Positions 57,739-64,000 of a DNA stretch of 64,000 bases are shown here, piece after piece. The notes under the pieces were generated by a model, which saw nothing but the letters and a program-made list of their open reading frames with translations, had not been told where the DNA came from and ran no database searches. The position numbers and the translations under genes were made by a program. The stretch is taken from assembly GCA_938075155.1 (NCBI GenBank), contig CALJGL010000011.1:78992-142991 (forward strand). Reading direction: 5' to 3'. The stretch is from an uncultured bacterium (GTDB lineage Bacteria; Planctomycetota; UBA8108; UBA1146). How positions within the stretch are numbered: position 1 is the stretch's first letter; the number at the start of each line of letters is the position of its first letter.

Positions 57739-59285
57739 TGAAGGAGAAAAATCGTGCAGAAGCCCGTGCCAGAATCGAAATCGCCAAAAATGGAGGCGGA
57801 GAAGCTCGTATAGAACGCCAACACAACGCCGGGAAATTAACTGCAAGAGAACGCATAGAAGTCTTTCTGGATCCAGGAACCTTCCAAGAACTGGATGCAA
57901 TGGTCACCCATAGGTGTACCGATTTTGGTATGCAAGAGCGCAAAACACCTGGAGATGGTGTCGCTACAGGTTGGGGTGAAGTCCACGGACGAAGAGTCTT
58001 TCTTTACAGTCAAGATTTCACCGTGGAAGGTGGAAGTCTATCTGCAACCAATGCTGCGAAGATCTGTAAAATCATGGACATGGCTATCAAATCCGGAGCG
58101 CCACTTATCGGGATCAATGATTCCGGAGGAGCTCGCATACAAGAGGGTGTTGCCAGCCTAGGTGGATATGCAGATATCTTCCTGCGTAACACTATGGCTT
58201 CCGGAGTCGTTCCCCAGATCAGCGCCATTCTTGGGCCTTGCGCTGGAGGAGCGGTTTACTCCCCAGCCTTGACCGATTTCATTTTCATGGCTGAAGGAAC
58301 CTCTTACATGTTTGTAACGGGTCCAAATGTTGTCAAAACAGTGACTCATGAAGAGGTCACTCAAGAAGAATTGGGTGGTGCCCAAACGCACGCCTCAAAA
58401 AGTGGAGTGGCACATTTTCGTTGCAGAGATGATCGCCATTGTCTGGAAGAAATAAGACGATTACTCACATATCTTCCAGCAAATAATCTGGAAGCTCCCC
58501 CAGTCTTGGAATGCTCCGATCCGATCGATCGTGCAGACCCCGGACTGAGTGATATCATTCCCGAAAATAGGGAAAAGCCATATGACATGCACGAGGTTCT
58601 CAGATCCGTCGTCGATAGAGATTCCCTCTTTGAAGTGCAACCCGAATATGCCAGAAACATCATCACTGCTTTTGCCAGAATGGACGGCAAGACCGTCGGC
58701 ATCGTCGCGAATCAACCTTCAGTACTCGCAGGATGTCTCGATATTCAAGCGAGCGTAAAAGCAGCAAGGTTTGTTCGATTTCTAGATTGTTTTAATATTC
58801 CGATTCTCACCTTTGTAGACGTTCCCGGATTTATGCCCGGAACGGATCAAGAGTGGAACGGAATTATTACTCATGGAGCCAAATTACTTTACGCATACTG
58901 CGAAGCGACGGTTCCAAAATTAACGGTGATCACTCGTAAAGCTTATGGCGGAGCATACGACGTGATGTCATCGAAGCATATACGAGGAGATCTTAACTTT
59001 GCCTGGCCCTCTGCTGAGATCGCAGTGATGGGAGCAAAAGGGGCCGTTGAAATCTTATTCCGAAAAGAAATCTCAGGATCAGAGACTCCGACGGAAATTG
59101 CAGAACAACGAACCCAGGAATATGAAGATTTGTTTGCTAATCCCTTCACGGCAGCAGAGCGTGGATACGTGGATGCTGTTATTGAAGAACCAGAAACTCG
59201 TCGAAGATTGATTGAAGGCTTACGTCTTCTTGCCGGCAAGAGAGACAGTAACCCACCTAAAAAGCACGGGAACGAGCCGCTGTGA
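57738..59285 (+). CDS. pccB: Propionyl-CoA carboxylase beta (carboxyltransferase) subunit
   Basis: [53 protein letters not shown]. Confidence 0.93.
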   Translation: MKEKNRAEARARIEIAKNGGGEARIERQHNAGKLTARERIEVFLDPGTFQELDAMVTHRCTDFGMQERKTPGDGVATGWGEVHGRRVFLYSQDFTVEGGSLSATNAAKICKIMDMAIKSGAPLIGINDSGGARIQEGVASLGGYADIFLRNTMASGVVPQISAILGPCAGGAVYSPALTDFIFMAEGTSYMFVTGPNVVKTVTHEEVTQEELGGAQTHASKSGVAHFRCRDDRHCLEEIRRLLTYLPANNLEAPPVLECSDPIDRADPGLSDIIPENREKPYDMHEVLRSVVDRDSLFEVQPEYARNIITAFARMDGKTVGIVANQPSVLAGCLDIQASVKAARFVRFLDCFNIPILTFVDVPGFMPGTDQEWNGIITHGAKLLYAYCEATVPKLTVITRKAYGGAYDVMSSKHIRGDLNFAWPSAEIAVMGAKGAVEILFRKEISGSETPTEIAEQRTQEYEDLFANPFTAAERGYVDAVIEEPETRRRLIEGLRLLAGKRDSNPPKKHGNEPL

Positions 59286-60802
59286 GCGCCAAAAAAGAAA
59301 TACGAAAGGTACTCGTCGCGAATCGCGGCGAGATTGCCATCAGGGTTTTTCAGGCATGCAGAGAACGTGGTATAGAAACCGTTTCTGTTCACTCCGAAGC
59401 CGACAAATCGGCGCCACACCGTTTCGCGGCTGATGAATCTGTACTCATTGGGCCGGCTGCCCCCTCCGAATCTTACCTTCGAGTGGACCGCATCATTGAT
59501 GCTGCCAAACAAACCGGAGCAGATGCGATTCATCCCGGTTACGGATTCCTTGCCGAGAATGCTCCTTTTGCAAGAGCTGTCGAGGAGGCAGGTCTAATTT
59601 TTATTGGTCCTACTCCAGAGCAAATCGAATCCATGGGAGACAAAGTTCAAGCGAGAGCCCTCATGATGGCGGCAAAAGTTCCCGTCATACCTGGAACTAA
59701 AAACCCCATCGAAGAAGAAGGCGAACTGATCAATGCCGCCAAGGATATTGGATACCCTTTGTTACTAAAAGCCGCTGGAGGCGGCGGTGGAAAAGGTATT
59801 CGAAGAGTAGATTCAGACGAAGAATTGGTTCCCGCATGGAAGCGTACCCGATCAGAAGCACTCGCTTCATTCGGCGATGATCGAGTTTACATCGAACGCC
59901 TCGTTCAGGGTGCTCGCCATATCGAAGCGCAGATCGTGGGTGATGGCCAAGGTTCTGTCTGGTTTCTAGGAGAAAGGGAGTGCTCCCTTCAGAGAAATCA
60001 CCAAAAGGTACTCGAGGAAAGTCCATCTCCCGCAGTCGATCAACAACTAAGAGCCCGATTCCGAGACGCCGCAGTTTCCGGAGCAGCGGCATTAAACTAC
60101 AGAGGAGCAGGAACGATGGAGTTCCTGTATGAAGAAGACAGAGGGGAATTCTATTTTCTTGAAATGAATACAAGACTACAGGTGGAACACCCAGTAACAG
60201 AACTTGTGACGGGTATCGACCTTGTCGGAATGCAACTGGACGTAGCTTCCGGTAGAGTCTTGGAACACGATCCGGATATTTCGATACGAGGCTGGTCTTT
60301 AGAGTTCCGAGTTTGTGCCGAAGACCCCTACAGGGATTTCATTCCTTCGACAGGGCAAATTCGTGGTCTGAGAATCCCCCATGCTCCATTTTGCAGACTA
60401 GATGGTGCTCTCAGAGAAGGACTCGAAGTTACGCCCTACTATGACCCAATGTTGGCAAAAGCCATCGTATGGGCAGAAGACCGAAACATGGCGTCGCGAA
60501 GACTCTCTTCATTACTTTCTCGCTTAAGAATCGGCGGTATTCACACCACTGTCCCTCTTGGCATTGAACTCTGTGAACAAGACTGGTTTCTTGCGGGAGA
60601 CTTTGACACCACCACACTCGAAACTTGGCTCAAAGACAAAAGAGAAGGCTCGAGTGATCCCACTAACATGGAAATGATCGCCGCTATTATTGCAAGGCAT
60701 GCTCTAGGTTCTTCTCTCAGCCAATCGACACCTGTTGATTATTCTGGAGGTGCATGGGGAAAAGCAGCAAGACGTGAAGGGACTGGAAATCAAATATCAT
60801 GA
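59282..60802 (+). CDS. pccA: Biotin carboxylase subunit of acyl-CoA carboxylase
   Basis: [50 protein letters not shown]. Confidence 0.9.
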   Translation: MSAKKEIRKVLVANRGEIAIRVFQACRERGIETVSVHSEADKSAPHRFAADESVLIGPAAPSESYLRVDRIIDAAKQTGADAIHPGYGFLAENAPFARAVEEAGLIFIGPTPEQIESMGDKVQARALMMAAKVPVIPGTKNPIEEEGELINAAKDIGYPLLLKAAGGGGGKGIRRVDSDEELVPAWKRTRSEALASFGDDRVYIERLVQGARHIEAQIVGDGQGSVWFLGERECSLQRNHQKVLEESPSPAVDQQLRARFRDAAVSGAAALNYRGAGTMEFLYEEDRGEFYFLEMNTRLQVEHPVTELVTGIDLVGMQLDVASGRVLEHDPDISIRGWSLEFRVCAEDPYRDFIPSTGQIRGLRIPHAPFCRLDGALREGLEVTPYYDPMLAKAIVWAEDRNMASRRLSSLLSRLRIGGIHTTVPLGIELCEQDWFLAGDFDTTTLETWLKDKREGSSDPTNMEMIAAIIARHALGSSLSQSTPVDYSGGAWGKAARREGTGNQIS

Positions 60803-61329
60803 AATATCAAATTGAATGGAACGATCTTCACGAAAACATCGAAGCCCACCCGGATCCCACTGGGCGAGAGTGGTCGTTCACACTCAATAATGGATCTCAG
60901 GTCAAAGCTAAAGTAGACGTTATTGAAGAAGGTACCGTGCTCCGGCTGATCACCAGCGGTGAGACACATACCATTACACTGCTTCCAGGTAATCAGGTGG
61001 GATCACCCATCAGATTCCTACTCAATGCCGAATTGGTCGAATTGGGTGTCCTCGACCCCGTCGACTTAATTACAAGAGAGGTTTCGAATTCTGGCCCGGG
61101 AAGCGGTTTAACGATCATTGAAAGCGTGATGCCGGGAATCGTTAGAAAAATACTCGTCCAAGAAGGTGATTCCGTTGAAGCGGGACAACCCTTACTTCTT
61201 TTAGAAGCCATGAAGATGGAAAATGAAATACTCGCACCTGAGGGAGGAACCGTAACCCGCTTGCATGTATCCGCAGGTGATACGGTTGCAGCGGGAACAA
61301 TAATGGCACACATCGAAAAAGACGACTGA
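60799..61329 (+). CDS. Biotin carboxyl carrier protein
   Basis: MPG..., LEAMKMENE biotinylation motif. Confidence 0.92.
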   Translation: MKYQIEWNDLHENIEAHPDPTGREWSFTLNNGSQVKAKVDVIEEGTVLRLITSGETHTITLLPGNQVGSPIRFLLNAELVELGVLDPVDLITREVSNSGPGSGLTIIESVMPGIVRKILVQEGDSVEAGQPLLLLEAMKMENEILAPEGGTVTRLHVSAGDTVAAGTIMAHIEKDD

Positions 61330-62232
61330 TCAGCGTCCGAACGGATTATCTTTCACAACAGGCTTCTTCTTTGGAGTTTCCGTTTCCTCCTCTGAGTCTT
61401 CTTGAACAGGATCCTCTTTTTGAGGAGCTTTCTTCTCAGGGTTCCCCTTCACACCTGATGACTCACATGGCTTGCATAGATCGAATTTCTTGCCTTTGCA
61501 AGCCTCGCATTTCGAAGCTTTCCCACCTTTACCTTTGCAATCCTCACACTTGGACTTTTGCTTTCCATTACATGTAGGGCATTCGATTTTCCCTTTACCT
61601 GAGCATGTCGAGCATCTCGTCTTTACTTTTCTACCTTTACTGGCATCAAATCTTTCATAGACACCTGCTCCACCACAACGTCGACAATCCAATGCCCCTT
61701 TTTCTTTCCTTGCGCAAGAACGACATTCAACGTCTCCACGTCCAGTGCATCGGGGACAGGGATCAATTTTATCTCCTTTGCCCTCACAGGAACTACACGC
61801 GATTTTCCCGGTAGCTTTACAAGGACGACACCAACTATCTGGATACTTATCCTTCAGAAATTGAATTTCGGCTTTTTTTAATCGAACACGAACGCGCTGA
61901 GCTTGGGATTTCATTCCTTCTTTTTCACACCAAACAATCAAAGCTTGATACCCGTCAAGGTCAGTGGGTTTTATAGCGCTCAGTTTCTTCTGGAACTCTT
62001 CTTCGAGCCCACGCCCTTCTTCGATTCGCTCTATCGAATCTACAGGGATCGTCATCTCCGCTTTAGATTTCCCAACTTTAATTTCAACTTGAATAGATGT
62101 CTCAGTGCGTGAAATTATTTTCCCAGTGATTTCCCTACCGGTTTTCAGAATTATGACTTCGTCGCCATAACAAAAAGAACTTGAAATCAAAACACAACAA
62201 ACGATGAATGACGCTAATAGAGAATTATTCAT
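61330..62232 (-). CDS. Predicted exported protein with ten DnaJ-type CxxC(xGxG) motifs
   Basis: Signal-like MNNSLLASFIVCCVLISSSFCYG|DEV, then ten CxxC units; start overlaps the stop of the upstream permease. Confidence 0.75.
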   Translation of the reverse strand: MNNSLLASFIVCCVLISSSFCYGDEVIILKTGREITGKIISRTETSIQVEIKVGKSKAEMTIPVDSIERIEEGRGLEEEFQKKLSAIKPTDLDGYQALIVWCEKEGMKSQAQRVRVRLKKAEIQFLKDKYPDSWCRPCKATGKIACSSCEGKGDKIDPCPRCTGRGDVECRSCARKEKGALDCRRCGGAGVYERFDASKGRKVKTRCSTCSGKGKIECPTCNGKQKSKCEDCKGKGGKASKCEACKGKKFDLCKPCESSGVKGNPEKKAPQKEDPVQEDSEEETETPKKKPVVKDNPFGR

Positions 62233-63901
62233 CAAGGCCTCCAGTTGTAGTAGATTTCTCATTTGGGCGAACAGACTCTCTTGACAGATGCACGCCAGAC
62301 TCTTGCTCTTGCAATGGGAGTCCTGGTGGGTCCAACAATAAACCTTTACGAGATTCGGGAGCTAATGAAAGTAAGGGACGCTGATTTCGGCCACCAAAAT
62401 AAGTGCCTAAACCAATGAAGAAAAATGTAGTCCCCGTATTGAATAGGAAATCTCCCCGACTCAACAAATAAGTAAACATCGTTGTGCCAGAAGAAGGAAA
62501 CACTTCTTTACTCATTACTAAGAAATACGTGAATGGAGTTGAGAACATTGAATAAGCGGGCACTGCATCAACATTCGCAACATACACAATGGCCATACTC
62601 AATACCAATACAAGCTGAAATGAAAACGTGACCGAAGCAGAGAGAATACTTCCAAATCCTGCATGGGCCAGACACCAAGCGATTGCCACCATTGAGCAAA
62701 GCCAAGATATCCAAACAATAAAGCTACCTTCACTCTGCAACATTACGGCGTGAACTAAACCAGAATCGACATTACTTCCTAGCTTCGACAAATCGACAAC
62801 TGAACCGACCTTCAGCAGAATTAGAAATAAACTCAGAACCGCAAACGAAAACAGTAAGTTACGAATTCCACCCGAGACAAATGGATAGAGAATCCTTCCA
62901 AGAAGAGGCTTCTCTTTTGTCAGTAATGCAGCCGACAATGGAACCCCAGGATCCTCGGCGGCAATCCGGAGTAGTGGTAGCGAAGAAAGAACCATTCCGA
63001 CCATATAAATGGTCCAGTTTTGAGAATAATTCCGAACCGAAACTGAACCCGGCACGTTAGCAGCCAAGAGTTCAAAAAATGCAAAAATACCAAACAGATA
63101 AAATGCGAATATATAAATCCTGAGAGGAATACTTCGTAGGGAATTCACTGGCGAAATACTGAAAGAAGCGCCAAGGAGACCTGCGACTAAGACAAAGAAA
63201 CCTAGAAACCAATAAATCAGCACCTCTTTACTCGATAAATAATTCGACGAAGGTCCTAATACTGAGGAAAGAAGTTCGCCATTCGAATACGCGTTGAGCG
63301 CAAAAACCGTCGCGAAAAGAACCGGCATTGAGAACATGGCTACGATTTGCAGATTAGATCTTGTCGCATTACTCGACATCGCAGAAGAGAAAAGTCCAGC
63401 AGCGCAGATCAAAGCTGCATAGGCAATATGAATCAAATACTCAAACACGACTGAGAACAACGACACTCCTCCGATGAGGGTTGTCAGCATCAATAGCGGC
63501 GCAGAAAGCATCATGATATAGATACTTAAGCTGATTAAGGCGAAGTATTTGCCTCGAATAATTTCAAACGGACTCAACTCTGTACACTTTAAGAGAGGCC
63601 ATGTTTTGTCAATACGTTCAGAAGTGATGCTATTTCCCGAAAGAAATGGGAAAACTAAACCGATAACTAAAAATTGAAGCGAAAAATACAATGAAACAAA
63701 GTTTTCAGTCACCACACTCACAGGATCTTCATATCTCCGAAAACCGAGGCCAGTAGAGTTCACGAAAAATGCGAGCACAATTCCAAAGATCGATAGATAC
63801 AAAAACTGAATCAACAGCCAACGGTTCTTTTTCAATGTAAGAATCAAATCTTTTTGGACCATGGCAAACCCAAAAAACTTAGCTATCATTCCTTTATTCA
63901 T
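62225..63901 (-). CDS. ABC-2-type transporter permease
   Basis: SITSER...TW.LL..T.LS..EII.GK motif; many TM helices. Confidence 0.8.
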   Translation of the reverse strand: MNKGMIAKFFGFAMVQKDLILTLKKNRWLLIQFLYLSIFGIVLAFFVNSTGLGFRRYEDPVSVVTENFVSLYFSLQFLVIGLVFPFLSGNSITSERIDKTWPLLKCTELSPFEIIRGKYFALISLSIYIMMLSAPLLMLTTLIGGVSLFSVVFEYLIHIAYAALICAAGLFSSAMSSNATRSNLQIVAMFSMPVLFATVFALNAYSNGELLSSVLGPSSNYLSSKEVLIYWFLGFFVLVAGLLGASFSISPVNSLRSIPLRIYIFAFYLFGIFAFFELLAANVPGSVSVRNYSQNWTIYMVGMVLSSLPLLRIAAEDPGVPLSAALLTKEKPLLGRILYPFVSGGIRNLLFSFAVLSLFLILLKVGSVVDLSKLGSNVDSGLVHAVMLQSEGSFIVWISWLCSMVAIAWCLAHAGFGSILSASVTFSFQLVLVLSMAIVYVANVDAVPAYSMFSTPFTYFLVMSKEVFPSSGTTMFTYLLSRGDFLFNTGTTFFFIGLGTYFGGRNQRPLLSLAPESRKGLLLDPPGLPLQEQESGVHLSRESVRPNEKSTTTGGLDE

Positions 63902-64000
63902 TGAACCTCTCCAGTCGTGAGAGACATGAATATATTCTCCAGATCGTCTTCTTCTTTATGTATGCCGGAAAGTACATAACCATTGCTTGAGAGCGATTTC
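63898..64000 (-). CDS. C-terminus of a probable ABC transporter ATP-binding protein (partial)
   Basis: Hand translation ...GYVLSGIHKEEDDLENIFMSLTTGEVQ*; ATGA overlap with the permease. Confidence 0.6.
   Translation of the reverse strand, partial: KSLSSNGYVLSGIHKEEDDLENIFMSLTTGEVQ

Noticed and set aside
62225-64000. More AT-rich end of the window as a possible island
   Set aside because: Explained by an Ile/Phe/Leu-rich membrane protein; no integrase, tRNA or direct repeats seen.

Overview
Gene-dense, core-genome-like window from a diderm bacterium, most likely an uncultured Planctomycetota. This is inferred from mcsA-mcsB-clpC alongside lpxB and bamA, a dockerin-tailed secreted protein, an exported HEAT-VWA protein and no rimP before nusA. 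Contents in order: partial sufB with its Rrf2 regulator; cyoE and a DUF3179-like gene; a ~16 kb minus-strand cluster for alternative complex III (actA-F), SCO, an A2-type caa3 oxidase and heme A synthase; a large secreted cohesin/dockerin-like protein; MATE, aroB, lpxB, folC; mcsA-mcsB-clpC; nusA-infB-rbfA; a diguanylate cyclase; xdhC; a histone-H1-like fusion; yebC; bamA; an Smr-less MutS2; a MerR/thioesterase/FHA/VWA operon; a birA-mutase-epimerase-PCC propionyl-CoA operon; and the end of an ABC-transporter operon. I saw no mobile element, CRISPR array, tRNA or rRNA. The strongest unexplained signal is a ~330-nt multi-branched structured RNA (34781-35114) between a near-consensus sigma70 promoter and nusA. 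All family assignments come from motif recognition by eye, not database searches.
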